A stretch of DNA of 64,000 nt from Octopus sinensis (Eukaryota): NCBI RefSeq assembly GCF_006345805.1, contig NC_043014.1, positions 26,536,001-26,600,000 of the forward strand, given 5' to 3'. The notes beneath the pieces are model-generated. The model did not search any database. It was given only the letters and a program-made list of their open reading frames with translations, and was not told the DNA's origin. Shown here piece after piece: positions 23,695 to 37,979 of this stretch (its first letter is position 1; each line of letters starts with the position of its first letter). The position numbers were made by a program, and so were the translations under genes.

Positions 23695-25176
23695 CTAGCA
23701 GCATAGCCCGGCGTTGCCCGGGTATGTAGGCAACGACTAATCCCGATCTAGTCCTTTCCCTATAGGGAACGAAAGCGCATGTGTAGGTTGCGATGTCTTC
23801 TCTTCACTCCAATACTTCTGTGTTCCTAGCTGTCCCTTTGGGCGAAAACATGAAAACATCATTGCGCCTCCTAACGCGTGAACAGCCCACGTAGAGTTGA
23901 CCGTGGGCGAAGCATTGTTCGCCCAACTGTAACCCAGCGACTTGTAGCGTTTGGCCTTGGGATTTATTGATGGACATTGCGAAGCAGAGTTTAACAGGAA
24001 ACTGAGAACGCCTGAAGAGGATTGGTAGGTCAGCGCCCGACGGTTGAAGGTGCATGCGTGGAATGAAGACGTCCTCTCCCTTCCCACAACCGGTAAGTAT
24101 TGTGGCCGTTATTAAATGCGGTGCCAAATGTTTCACAACCAGACGTGTGCCGTTGCACTGTTTAGGTGGAACCAAATTCCTGATGAGCATAATGGGCGCA
24201 CCGACTTTTACCTTCAGGATGTGTGGCGGCTGACCTGGCGGTTCAAGTGAATTCAGGAATTCAACGGGATAATCGGCAAGCTCGGCGGGGTCTGCTGTCC
24301 TATCTATAGATTTGTAGACGTGGACATCACCAAGGTTATGTTGTCTGGTCATGTTTTGTCTCGTTGACTGCTTGAAGTGGCGGTGTTGGGGGTAAAGTCT
24401 CGAATGTAATTTCTTCCTGGTAGGAATTGGTTCACCAAAACTTAGGTTTGTCTGGAGGTTTCGACGTAATCTTTGGTTTGAAAATTAAGTCTAGAGTTCC
24501 TCCTGTGGGTTGAATTATCGATAGCTGTTTGATAGTTATTTGGGGGAGTGAGTTAAAGAAGGTCGAGTTGCGTCCCCTAGACAGTCTGTAGTTTGTGTTT
24601 AATACACAAATCGGTTTGCTATGGGTGCCACATATGATTTAATTAACCGATTTTTTCCAGTAATAAAGTATCCTATTGGAATAAAAAGGGCCATATAGCT
24701 CCTTGGAGCAGATATGATGCTCGCTGTGAATTTTTAAAAAATTCCTGCCAATTTGTGAAAGATATTGTCGAAAATATGTCATCTTGAATTTAAACGCGAT
24801 TTCCCAAAATGGCATGATTTTATCGATTTTTTCTGATGGTAAGGTATTGCATGGAAAACTAACGTCAGAATTAAGTTTCTTAGGGTAACATTAAGCTTCA
24901 CCATGAGTTTGGGGAAAATCGATTGCAAGTTGCGAAAACTACAATAGAAAATGTGTTGCATATAAGAAGCTTAGATTCTCGACCCCATGTCGAATTTATC
25001 AATTTTTTCCAGAACTGGGGGAACTTTTCAAAACTTTCGCTACGTTAGTTTTGAATTATGACATTGGGCTATGTGTGTGTCAAGTTTCATCAGAATCGGT
25101 TGAAAGCCGTGGTCAGGGTGAGGGTACAACCTGACAGACACACAGACAGACAAACTGCCTTTTATATAGAGAGAGA
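23695..25176 (-). mobile_element. Non-autonomous Helitron C
   Basis: A|TCTCTCTCTATATAAAAGGCAG 5' end. 3' CCCGG/CCGGG hairpin then CTAG|T. Confidence 0.9.
23804..24352 (-). pseudogene. Helitron PIF1 helicase C-terminal fragment
   Basis: [52 protein letters not shown]. Confidence 0.95.
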
Positions 25177-27794
25177 TATCTAATATGAAAATTTGAAATC
25201 GAAATATGATGAATATTCAAGTATAAAATTCTTCGAGAAATAATCAACTTTTCATGTGTTATTTGAAATACTGGAGAAAATTGTATTAATAAAAAATTTA
25301 GATGGTATGTTACAGGTTAGAGCACTTTTGTTGCTGTGCCTTGAACATCAAATTAGTACAAGTTAATCAGAATGTGTGCAGTTGTTGCCAACTTGTTCCT
25401 AATTTGAAATATGTTTCTTTCTAGAATTGTTACCAATGCACTATCTCTTACAGATAATAGGGAAAAGGAAAAAGTTGATGTTATATTTAGCCGACAAAGA
25501 AGGCGTTACTTTCATTCTCTAATTCACTATAACCATTCACTAATGCCCCCATGAAAACGTGATCGTCACACAATCTCAATTTGACCACAAGTGTGAGTCT
25601 CATTTTTAGTATATATGGTGTGAATATTTGATAGAAATTATAAACCCCGAAGAAGCTTCGAGAAAAGAATTTGTGATCTACTATAGATACCTCATTGTAA
25701 CCATTTTCTCCGGTTACGCGCCTAAACCAATCTACAAAAGGATGAAATCACATTTCCTTTCTCTTAACCTGTAGGCTCTTGTCTACAATAACTAAATGAA
25801 AATATGACTGTACATTTACATTGTCATTTTTCAATTTAACCAGCATCCAATTCGTATGTAACGTGCATATTTCTCTATGCGTAACATATATATAGTAACT
25901 TACTGCTCTGTTGTCTACGATAGATTTGAGTAATATATACATATGTGTATATTGAGTTGAAGAACGAATGTAACCATGATATTCTATGATCTGAAAAGTT
26001 AGCCTTTTATACCTGTATGACCTGTAAAATATACACTAGTACTATGTAATTTATAACATATACACCAATACAGGGAATATAATAGTTTATCATATACTAA
26101 AATAAATTATTTTTCCATGATGTTGGCTTTGTTGTGAAAAGGCACCTAGATTGTTGCACGCGTAACTGAAATATGGAATTGACAAAGGATGGTAAAACAT
26201 AGGTAAGTTTGAGATGGATTATAATGCACCAAGCGGGTTTACGACTTGTTGGACACCGTTGAGTATACCAACAACGTACAATTCAACGTAAAGCGGGCTC
26301 TGGGCCAATCCATAGGTGTTAAGTACTCATATATACTATATGCACAATTTTATAGACTTAATAAACAGCACTCATAAGTTAAATATTCTCTCATAGTTTA
26401 CTATTTTTCTAATAAACATATAAACAATATACCGTACATATGATACAACCTTTAGTTAAATTGTATATACTCTCTAATCACATGAAAGCGTTACCGACGG
26501 GCTAGATAACACAGTGACAAGCATAATTATTATAAGATGATTTCTATAGTTAGAGAGGACGCAACTCTTAGTTTTCTTTATTTTTCTTTTGTCAACTCGT
26601 TCCACGTTTTGCACTAACATCCTCAATTTTTTCGTGTTTTCTCATACATCAGCGAAAAGAAGCCTGAAACCTACAAGCCATCTTGAATTTTTCTCAAAAC
26701 TATCGTACTACTGCTAGCACCTGATGCGATGGACGTGTCTTACGCACCCACAGTATTTGCACCCTCATTATGTGTTCACTTTGGCATTATGCATTTCGAT
26801 TTCTGGCAATTCTCGGAAAGAATATAATTTTTATGCATTATGCAACGTCACCTATTTGTTAGTGTTGTATAACGCGTACCAAATAATCTTCGAAGGGAAG
26901 TTTGAGAGACTATTGTACTTTCGAATCGCTTTAATTTTATATTGAAAAGCTATTTCTAAAGTGAATATATTATTGACTTAACATTTCAACTGATCAATAA
27001 ACTGCAACATCTTGCGATGAAATTATAACAGACTCTGTGTCACTACTCGACTTGCCAGAAATAGCAACCAAATACACTTCAAATTACATTCACCAGCTAA
27101 AAATGAAAGAACACATCGATATGTAATGTTCCAGAAAAATATACTTATGACTGAAACGCCTTTGAATAAAGTTACAACCGGCCTGGGGTTATATAAAAAC
27201 AACAGCAACAACGACAACAATGGTAACATCTGCCAGTTTATTGTTGTTTTCTCTAGTCGAGAATGGTCTCTGAGAAGTATAGGCAAACATCTCAATTTAA
27301 ATCGAGACAATTTTTATATCTGTATCAGATACCTGATTATAATGTCAACAATAAATGAGGAAACTTAAAAGAAAAAAAAAATGCTTTATACACAGCACTC
27401 ATAAAATAGATACTCACTCTTATTTTTCCGTTTCCCCTATAAAATTTTTTATTAATTAGCATGGTCACAATTTCATATCTAGGAAACAAAAATTTTATAG
27501 TAAAAAAAAACTATTTTATATGTAAAATATAGGGGTCCCAATTTCTCGGGGATAAAAGTTTAATGCAACATAGCATACTCCGACAACCACATCGTTGATA
27601 ACTTATAAGACAAGGCGATGTGTCATAGTCAATATACATTTCAATTTGTGTTCACCTTTCAATCCAATACTTCTTTGGAAACTATGTTCTTCGTGTCAGT
27701 TCTCCCTGTTCTTTACCCTTGTTTGTCAGTGTTGACAAACTCTCACATCAGATAATTTGCGAGCCCTTGAGAATGCAATATATACCTGACCGTT

Positions 27795-28200
27795 AAGGCG
27801 GTGAGCTGGCAGAAACGTTAACACGCCGGGCGAAATGCGTAGCCGTATTTCGTTTGCCGTTACGTTCTGAGTTCAAATTCCGCCGAGGTCGACTTTGCCT
27901 TTCATCCTTTCAGGGTCGATAAATTAAGTACCAGTTACGCACTGGGGTCGATGTAATCGACTTAATCCGTTTGTCTGTCCTTGTTTGTCCTCTCTGTGTT
28001 TAGCCCCTTGTGGGTAGTAAAGAAATAGGTATTTCGTCTGTCTTTATGTTCTGAGTTCAAATTCTGCCGAAGTCGACTTTGCCTTTCATCATTTCGGGGT
28101 CGATAAATAAAGTACCAGTTGCGTACTGGAGTCGATCTAATCGACTGGCCCCCTCCCCAAAAATTTCGGTCCTTGTGCCTAGAGGAGAAAAGAATATATA
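27795..28200 (+). mobile_element. Dimeric SINE family 1 with two different 3' tails
   Basis: A-box-like tggcagaaacg and B-box gagttcaaattcc. Tail 1 ends gccccttgtgggtagtaaagaaata. Tail 2 is ggcccctcccccaaaaatttcgg. Confidence 0.88.
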
Positions 28201-29359
28201 GCTGACCATCCCCGAATAAGGTTCAGGCAAGAACAACCTCATTTTATCAAATATTTGCTCTTGTTATTTATTGATGGTCATTACATATGACATGTGAATG
28301 GAAACTGGTTTCTTTCTAAAGTGAATGGCATGTTTGTGATGCGCATGCGTTAAGTGATAGGTGATATTAAAAAAACTTAGTTCGATTTAAAAAAGTTCAT
28401 TTAACTTTGTGCTCACCATCACCACCTCCAGCGCCACCACCTTCATCATCACCATCACTCTCCCCCTCTTTCTCGCACTCTCTCTTTCTGACCTTCTTCA
28501 ATCTTACCATAAGAACATCACCTCTCTGCTAAAATTCTATTCTCAACTCTTCTCTATATCACTACCATCAACTAACATTTTTAACCACATAATAAATATT
28601 ACGTTTCTCCACATGTCCTCCCTCTTTCTGCCTTATTCTCTTTTCTCCCTCCCTTTTCTTTCTCTTGTTCTCTCTTTCCCTTCAACTAATAACGTGAAAC
28701 CGTGACAATTACTATCTCTCCACCTCACGTCATGGACCCTTCTCTCTCCCTCTTTCCTTTCTCCCTCTTTTTCCTTAATCACATAAAAGCGTTACCGACG
28801 GGTTAAGTGATGTAATGACAAACAGAATTATTATGAGACAAAACCATTCTGCTTTTCGCCACCAATTGTATAATATCTTAAAGGTTTTGATTTGTTTTGT
28901 TTGTTGCATTTTTTAAAAGCTGGTTGGTCATGAATGAATGCATTAATTTGGAAGAATCACTACAACATCTATAGACTGCTCTGTGATATTAGTTCTGATT
29001 TTGTGCTTAGAGTTCTAATCATGCCGAAGTCAGCATTTTTTAATCCATCTTTAGATCAACACAAATTTATCAATCCAATTAGATTGTTGAACAAGAACAT
29101 TTGCAGTATACAGTCCAACTGTCTGCATTGTAACGGCATTTGTGCAAAGCTAACCCTAACCTAGCTTTTTCCTTAGAAAATATAGGTGGCTTGGAGAGGG
29201 AAGACATGCATGCATATGCAATTTCCAGTTTTGCTTCCACATAAGTACATCACTATGATAAAGGTTGTAGACAGATGCTTTAGGAGGTGTGATTTAGGTA
29301 GATGTAACTCGTGTTTGTTGTAGTTTATTCACCTGAATAGAAGCGCTCTCACTCACTTG

Positions 29360-29391
<32 letters not shown>

Positions 29392-29924
29392 ACTCCTCCT
29401 CTCTCTCTCTCTTTCACTGCCCCCCTCTCTCTCTCTTTCTCTCTCTCTCGTTGACTCATGATTGTCAACGCAGCTTTTCTTGATCAAGTTTGAGTGAAGT
29501 CTAAATAACAGACGGTTGGTCACAGTTCGAACATCATTAATGACAACTCTGCTGAGTTTCAAACAAAGAGAGCACCTGTGCAGTCGTCCGAACATGCTCG
29601 AAATTGAAACAACATTTTCCCAACTCAAACTGTACCATCTTGATTAATGGTGAACACGTTAGACAATTTAAAGAAAGGATGAGACGGTTATAGTGAGCTT
29701 TCTAGTTGATACAACTTTCCTGATCAAGACTAACTTGGTGCAAATCGACAATTCACCAACAACCCCGAAAAGGATGTAACACCGGTAACAACAATAACAA
29801 CACCAGCAATCACATCATCAACAGCAACTTCAAGAACAGCAAAAATAAAAAATATAATCAACCACGAGACAGTCGGAATTCTCAATTCGTGCGTGAGGAA
29901 GGAAGAACAAATATATAAATAAGA

Positions 29925-30112
29925 TTATATCGACCCCAGTGCGTAACTGGTACTTATTTAATCGACCCCGAAAGGCAAAGTCGACCTCGGCGGAATTTGA
30001 ACTCAGAACGTAGGGGCAGACGAAATGTCGCTAAGCATTTCGTCAAGCGTGCTAACGATTCTGCCAGCTTGCTGCCTTACTACTACTACTACTACACTAC
30101 TACTACTACTAC

Positions 30113-30164
<52 letters not shown>

Positions 30165-30480
30165 CTTTTCTACTGAAGGCACAAGGCCATGAAATTTTGG
30201 GGTAGAGGACTAGTCGATTACATCGACCCCAGTATTCAACTGGTACTTATTTTATCGACCTCGAAAGGATGAAAGGCAAAGTCGACCTCGGTAGAATTTG
30301 AACTCAGAATGTAAAGACGGATGAAATGCCGCTAAGCATTTTGTCCAACGTAGTTACGATTTCTATTATAGGCGCAAGGCCCGAAATTTGGGGAGAGGGA
30401 GCCAGTCGATTAGATACCCCAGTATGCAACTGGTGCTTAATTTATCGACCCCAAAAGGATTAAAGACAAAGTTGACCTCG
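29925..30480 (-). mobile_element. Cluster of SINE family 1 copies around a (TAC)n(TAA)n run
   Basis: Three core repeats of atcgacccc...aaagtcgacctcgg. Confidence 0.85.
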
Positions 30481-31270
30481 GCCCATAAGTTCAAAATCTA
30501 CAACGGAAAAGACGATACAATCATAAGGAACATGTGAGGCCTAACAAAAAATGCATATACAATAAAAACACAGCGATTAACAACATTTAAACAACAATAT
30601 TACCCAGGGACAACTAAGGAACCTCACATCTTGGTCTCCTCTATCATCAAGTGCATACCGAGCAGGCATCCCTCTCCTCTTCATCCCGCCCACCTTACAG
30701 GAAAGTTGGCCTATTCATACGGGGCAGCCTCGCCACATTTACCCAGTTTTCAACACTTCCCTCTCCAACTCACCTTTTCAAGTGGAACTTGAGAAAGTAG
30801 ATGACAGCTTGGCAGTAAGGGAAAGTATCTAACTTCTGTTCTTTCAGCCTCGTCAACCACACTAGCTTTTTCCCCATCATAATCACCAGACAATGGAAAA
30901 CTGCCTTCCTTCCCGGCCAAAGAAGGCGGCGGGACAACCCTCACGATGGGCTCGGCTGATAACTGGATCCTCCTTACATGCAACAATAGTTGTTTGACAA
31001 AGCTTCACAATTCAGCAACGCCCAAACACTGGACAAGTGCATATGCAGAACAGTATCATTGCTCTGCGCGCATATCGGACAGGTCAGTCTGATAGTACAT
31101 CTGTGCCTGTAGAGCTTGTATGGAACTGGTAGACACCCTCGGGAGCACTGGCGTGGCAGGGATTTCTGGAAATTATACAAAGACCCCGGCCTGATAATCC
31201 TCCGGAAAAGACCAACTAATTGATCTCCCCGACTTCCAGGATTTCCCCGAGGAAGTCGTTGCGCTTGCTC
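30480..31270 (-). mobile_element. Tx1 LINE 3' fragment
   Basis: NFQKSLPRQCSRGCLPV...CPICAQSNDTVLH aligns with NFQKSLAWQCYRGALPV...CPRC in 11048-11830. Confidence 0.85.
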
Positions 31271-31920
31271 ATTTTAGGATGCACTCTCTATATCTGACCA
31301 CCGCAACTGCCCAGATATTCATTGCATTAATCAATTTTTTGACATTCAGGTTAGATTTCAAAACCATCATCCTTTTTTGACACGCTTCGCTGACCTTGAC
31401 TTTCATTTCTCTGTGTAAATACGCGTCTATATCCACTACCGTCGGGTTCATTCATGGTCTCTCCTGGTGGTAACCACAATCCTCTGTGGGATGCTTTCTT
31501 CCCTCTTTTCACATTAAGTACTGAGCATTTGGTAATCCCAAATTCCATACGGATGTCCCTACCACTCTTCTGGAGTGTTTTAGTTAAGGGATCTATATGT
31601 TTTTCAGATTTCCCAAGCAACTTCAGGTCATCCATAAACAGAAGATGGTTCAATGATGAGCCTTTCTTTCCTATTATTATTACTATTTTTATTATTATTG
31701 TTATGGTCGTCATACTGGAAAGACACGTTAATCTGGAGCTTCGTAGGTAGTAAGAAAGTTTTCCATCTTTTCTGTTTGTTAAGGTCCCGTTCATTCATTT
31801 TAAGTGGTTACAGTCTTCTTTTTAACATTATCTGAACTGCGCTGGTAATATTTCTGTTGGGAGACACCCTCTGTTTTGCAACTTTTCATTATCCAAATAT
31901 TTTGATACATGGCGTAGAAA
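31270..31920 (-). mobile_element. R4/Dong-like LINE RT fragment
   Basis: LNHLLFMDDLKL, MEFGITKC, KRGK and LINAMNIWAVAVVRY. Confidence 0.75.
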
Positions 31921-31944
31921 GAACTAATGATAATCTTATCTACT

Positions 31945-32470
31945 CAAGGCACAAGGCCCGAAATTTTGGGGGAGGAGCCAGTCAATTAGATCGACCCCAG
32001 TACGCAACTTGTACTTAAGGATGAATTTGAACTCAGAACGTAAAGACAGACGAAATACTTATTTCTTTACTATGCACAAGGGGCTAAACACAGAGGAGAC
32101 AAACAAGGACAGACAAAGGGATTATGTCTATTACATCTACCCCAGTGTGTAACTGGTACTTAATTTATCGACCCCGAAAGGATGAAAGGCAAATTCGACC
32201 TCGGCGGAATTTGAACTCAGAACGTAACGCCAGACAAAATACCTATTTCTTTACTACCCACAAGGGGCTAAACACAGAGAGGACAAACAAGGACAGACAA
32301 GCGGATTAAGTCGATTACATCGACCCCAGTGGTACTTATTTTTATCGACCCTGAAAGGATGAAAGGTAAAGTCGACCTCGGCGGAATTTGAACTCAGAAC
32401 GTAACGGCAGACAAAATACGGCTACGCATTTCGCCCGGCGTGCTAACGTTTCCGCCAGCTCGCCGCCTTA
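31945..32470 (-). mobile_element. Multimeric SINE family 1
   Basis: Head at 32400-32470, with repeated cores and tail 1. Confidence 0.88.
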
Positions 32471-33314
32471 AAAAAACTTATGATAATGTTTGATGATGGG
32501 ATGCGATCCTTGTCCGAAAAGCAAGAAACTACTGACATAGCGTTCCGTGAGCCGAGATACGGTGGCACTGCTAAGAAACACCTAAACAAGAGGTATCACG
32601 TATATAATTTTCTTCATATCTCTGCTAGACAGATTTCAAACTATTGACTTATCTATAAGAAATAATATTCAATATTACGTCAGAAATGCGTATAATAGAT
32701 ACAAACAGTTCGTGCTCAGAACGGACTATACGAATAAAATTCAACGTTAAGTGAAGGACGACGGAATCCAGGCAAAGAAGTTTGCAAAAAGCAATGTACC
32801 GGTCGAGCCAATGAAAGCGTTATAAAATAAAATATGAATAAGTGCTTATCGTGGCATCAATCTATAATTAAGCAGGAAAATTTAAAACTCAGATAAGTGA
32901 AATTCATAGTATTATAGTTCTTCGTAGAGAGGTAGATATCCTGAAAGTTCATATTTTAATATCACAAAAATGGATACTTGCATTCTCATCTCTTTTATCC
33001 GTGATATTAGTTTATGAAGTTTCAGAAGCACTGTTATGAATTTTCGCTTTGTTGATTTTCTTGTTCTTCTTGTTCATACACACTTCTGTATAACTAATTT
33101 ATAAATGTTTTGATGTCATTAATAACGTCTTTTATACATACATATATGCATGCACACACACACACATATATGTGTATTATATATATATATATATATACTT
33201 TAGGATAGAATCTTTATAAGAAATTATCAAGTAGTTGGCGTGAAAAACTTCATAAGGGAAAAAATTTATTAATTATTCCCTTTATAGGGAATAATTTATA
33301 TATATATATATATA

Positions 33315-34336
33315 CTAGCATTATGACCCGTCGTTGCCGGGTTATAGTGCTAGTGCATGTATATATGAGTATATATATGTGTACATATTACATGTACATC
33401 TATATATATATACATCTACACATAAAATACAAAATACAAAGTTATATCTTGATATCACTAGTGATAACAATACCCAAAATATGTAACAGACTGGAATTGT
33501 AAGCCCGTCTCTTGTAATTTCGATCAATTGTATCTTGTCCTCCCTCTTGTATAGAAGTGTGGCTACAATCCAGCCTACCTCAACTTCTGGTGGGGGGGCA
33601 TTTTCAATTTTTATCCGGCACGTACTACGTCCCAGATATAAAGGTAAAAATAAAATAATTCCACTTTGCAAGTTCGAGTCGAGTACTCCCTTACACGCTC
33701 CGTTGACTCGAACCTTGCTTCTCTTGTGGCGAATTTACCGCCTCTGCTTAGATAACTTTCATAGTCGCACCTAGAAACTTTTCGATTGTGCTTTCCTCCA
33801 GGTATTCAAATCTTTTTTCTCTACATTGTATACTTTATAGACAATAGTCTTTTCTTTAATTTAATTTTTTATTATCCATCTGGACTATTCCATTTCTGCA
33901 CGCTAATTTTATTTTCAATTTATTCCCATTCATGTGAAACCACTTATTCAAGTTCAAGTCATTGATGCAATTTTATACCAATTGCTATTTTTACTTTTGT
34001 TATGTTACGATTATATTACACTTTAGTTTGATTTTAATTATTACTTACTACATATAATTCAATTATTATTATTATTTTTATTGTTAAAGTGAAAGTATCT
34101 GACATAAAATAGAGAAATGTTTTTGTTTCACTTTTAACACGTAATACTGAAATAGTGGAGAAGATCTGATATTGCTATGGGCTCGCTCTAGGCAAGTAGT
34201 TGAACATTTTTTTCCGATGACGCTCCCCGAGCCCTAAGTAAGGCATGTGTAAAATTTGAATGAATTGGTTGTGTAGTTCTCGAGTTTTAGGGAAACACAC
34301 GGACGGACAGACAGACAGACACACATTCTCAGTTTT

Positions 34337-34345
<9 letters not shown>
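33315..34345 (-). mobile_element. Non-autonomous Helitron D (empty-site counterpart of B)
   Basis: CTAG at 33315-33318 with hairpin. Colinear with 10058-10154 + 10436-10812 + 15974-16506. Confidence 0.9.
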
Positions 34346-34396
<51 letters not shown>

Positions 34397-34524
34397 TATA
34401 TATATACCACCAAGTAAGTTAGGGGTTGTGGATCCAACCCACTAAGGGATAATACTTATCCAATATACTGTTGGAAAGGTGATAAACCAACTAAATTGTT
34501 TCTCCATTTTCTTATTTGTATTAA

Positions 34525-34584
<60 letters not shown>

Positions 34585-34708
34585 TAATAGTAATGGTAAG
34601 ACAACAAAAGAGTCAATGAGACCTTGATATACAAATAGAGGAATTTATCTGTAATATATTGACAATTATTACGCCAACCAAATAATTGCCACATATTATA
34701 TTGCAGAT

Positions 34709-34807
<99 letters not shown>

Positions 34808-34810
34808 CAT

Positions 34811-34933
<123 letters not shown>

Positions 34934-35128
34934 GTAAAATAGAAAGATGAATAATCTTGTTGCAGATTAATCAAAAGTTTAACCGATACCTTGGTAGCAA
35001 AAATCACGGCAGAAGAAAGCACGGTTGGAGATAAAACCTTTTGGTGTTGCAGCCGTGCGTTGCTGCGGATAATTGAATTTTAGTATTATTAGTGAATTGA
35101 AGAAATGGAGTTGAACGAAGATTGAAAC

Positions 35129-35239
35129 GAATTCCTTTTATTGCATTCTACACATGTTTCAAAAGCCACAATTTTCCAAATTCTGATTAAATAAGGATCC
35201 CATATTGTGGCTTTCTCTTCAGGAAAAAAATAGGAATTC
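35129..35239 (-). ncRNA. Mirror copy of the same hammerhead in the left arm
   Basis: Exact reverse complement of 35377-35487. Confidence 0.85.
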
Positions 35240-35376
35240 CGTTGGCAGAACAAAACAGAACAGAGGCGCAGCAAAGCAATTTGAACGAGGCGGCTCTTTA
35301 AGAGCCCAGGGCTCTTAAAGAGCCGCCTCGTTCAAATTGCTTTGCTGCGCCTCTGTTCTGTTTTGTTCTGCCAACG

Positions 35377-35487
35377 GAATTCCTATTTTTTTCCTGAAGA
35401 GAAAGCCACAATATGGGATCCTTATTTAATCAGAATTTGGAAAATTGTGGCTTTTGAAACATGTGTAGAATGCAATAAAAGGAATTC
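35377..35487 (+). ncRNA. Extended type I hammerhead ribozyme in the right arm
   Basis: CUGAAGA 35394-35400. 12-bp stem II (35401-35412 / 35444-35455). GAAA 35456-35459. Stem III ACA/UGU, GUA site (cut after 35467). Stem I uuc/gaa plus gaauuccu/aggaauuc. Confidence 0.85.
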
Positions 35488-35523
35488 GTTTCAATCTTCG
35501 TTCAACTCCATTTCTTCAATTCA

Positions 35524-35574
<51 letters not shown>

Positions 35575-35954
35575 AACTTATAAGTCATGGGCGCATGTAA
35601 GTATCTTATCTATATCCTTTCGTATGTTCTACTGAACAGGAAAGAATCTTTTATGAGATTAATTCCGAAATTGATTCAATATAGAAATAATGAACTTTTT
35701 TTTAAAAAATTCTATCGGCCGGCTTGCCCGATTTCAGTTCGTCATCTTTTTTTCTGTAGCGAGTAAATAATGTGGAAATTGACGATTTAATAGTCTGTTA
35801 TCAGCATATTGGCATTGAAATAATTTTCTTTAGCCCTTACTTATAAGTTGTTTATAATTTTAACCGTAAAGGTATTTTAATATGCTGCCACAATTTTTGA
35901 TGGAATTTTTTTTCTGTAGAAAAAAAACTTCATCCTATATTAGTAGTATATATA

Positions 35955-36035
<81 letters not shown>

Positions 36036-36067
36036 TATATAGATATATAGATATATAGATAGATACA

Positions 36068-36101
<34 letters not shown>

Positions 36102-36549
36102 CATACATACATACATATATATATATATAATATATATATATATACATACATACATACATATAGTTCAAATTTATAAAAATACACACACACACTCACAAAC
36201 ACACAAACACACACACACATTTATATATGTTGCTCAAATTTATAAAAAACAAAGACGAAAACAGGTATCGGAACAACAAGTAAGGGAATTTGTGTGTCAC
36301 TGTGACCGAATAGTGTATTATGTGTATAGTATATTATGTGAGCGAAAGTTATCGTTATCTATGCGTGTTGCGTGTGTATGTGTGTTTGTGCATACATTGT
36401 TTCTGTCAGGTATTATGTGCTTGTGTGGGTGTGGGAGCGTATATTATCTATGTTCAGATATTATGTGCTTGTGTGTTGTGAGAGTTTACATGATGGTGTG
36501 TGGTGTGTGTACTGAGTTAAATAGTCTGTGTGTCCCTTTTCAGCACATG

Positions 36550-37040
36550 CCCAGCACTCTCTCCTAAATGTGAACCTTTTACTACCGTCCTGCCTTTGCT
36601 CTCTCTTCAGGCTGTAACAATCTTGCATCTTGTGTCCTGGCTTCCCTTAGTGCCAACAATTTATTACCACCATCTCTTGCTCTTTCTTCATCAAACAGCT
36701 TTCTCTTTTATGTCCGACCTTTTCGCAGTACTAACACTTTCCTGCTTCATGTACTTTCCCCTTCCTTGCTTTGAATTCGGAGCTGTAGTCCACCTGGAAC
36801 ATTCCTGCGTTAGACTTTACATACGACTCAAATTCCAGAGCTCTAGCCAATGCCTCTTGCATAGTACTCGGCTGTGCTTGTTTCACTTGAACTTTGAGCT
36901 CTGCAGTGCCCAAAGCGTCGATAAGCTGCGATTTCAGAAGAGCCAATAGTTCCTGGGCAAGCTGTTGTAGTGATTCTCTTCTAGCCCTTACACTACACGG
37001 GTCCGAAATCGTACCGTGTACACTTCACTCAGGCACATAG
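36550..37040 (-). pseudogene. Ty3/Gypsy gag relic
   Basis: LIDALGTAELKVQVKQAQPSTMQEALARALEFES, followed by a broken CWH*GKPGHKMQDC knuckle. Confidence 0.8.
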
Positions 37041-37979
37041 TGCCATATCTTCTCTCTAAAAGCAAGGGTATAATTAAAGTATAGTTTGGTTTTGAAATAC
37101 CTCAGATATTTTGAATCAAAATCAATTTTAGGCGTTACTTATCAAATTTTGTCTATTTAAAGCTGCATAACTTGTTTCTATCTAATATCTTATGTACACA
37201 ACATTAAGTAATTAATAACAAGCGGGGAAAAACTCATGTTGTGTACATAAGATTAAACATACTTACAATAGGTATAAATGAATATAATAAAATGATAGTA
37301 AAAGAAACTCAGGGATAGGGCATATAAGAATCAGTGATAGAATGTGATATATTGGATATAAATAAAGAAATATAGATACATGTTAACATAATAAGAAATT
37401 GAATTATCCAATACAATCGAATAAGAAATATTATAGTGACATAGTACATTACCAACATGGTAAAAATATGAAAACAATAGTAGAACAACAAAGGAAATAT
37501 TCTCCAATATAATTAAATATAGTTCAGCAAGAGTGAGATATATAACCAGATTAATAATCTCTGTAGGTGTCCTGAATCCTATCCATATAAATATATATAT
37601 ACGCATAATTGTCACGATAAAATAAAATTTAAACCTGTGCTGGGGATATGATAGAAGTGATAAATTAAGGATAAAATGATAAAATGTTAAACAGACATGA
37701 CTGATATTGTATCTATACTATAAATTAGATATATATGCATACGATACAAACCCAACCTATCCATTAACATTAATAAATAAATAATATTATACTAGTAACA
37801 ACCGTATAAATAAGTGATAAAAAATAACAGTGTAGATAAAAACCAACACCATAAGAATAATATAGGCACATACCAAAATTAATATAATAATAAAAATATG
37901 AATAATAAGGACCAATAAGGATATAGAAGGGGATATACACGTTGAATAGGGTGGGATTGGTGGAGGAATAGAACGAAGA

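Larger units (their letters stand above)
35087..35529. repeat. Perfect 443-bp palindrome (221-bp arms, 1-nt centre at 35308)
   Basis: Identical 61-aa ORFs on opposite strands. Arms checked by eye with no mismatch found. Confidence 0.97.

Noticed and set aside
28960-29080. Minus-strand LKNADFGMIR resembling a kinase DFG motif
   Set aside because: There is no HRD or APE motif in frame, and stops flank it.
35089-35527. Two identical 61-aa ORFs as duplicated genes
   Set aside because: They are a by-product of the palindrome and show no protein motifs.
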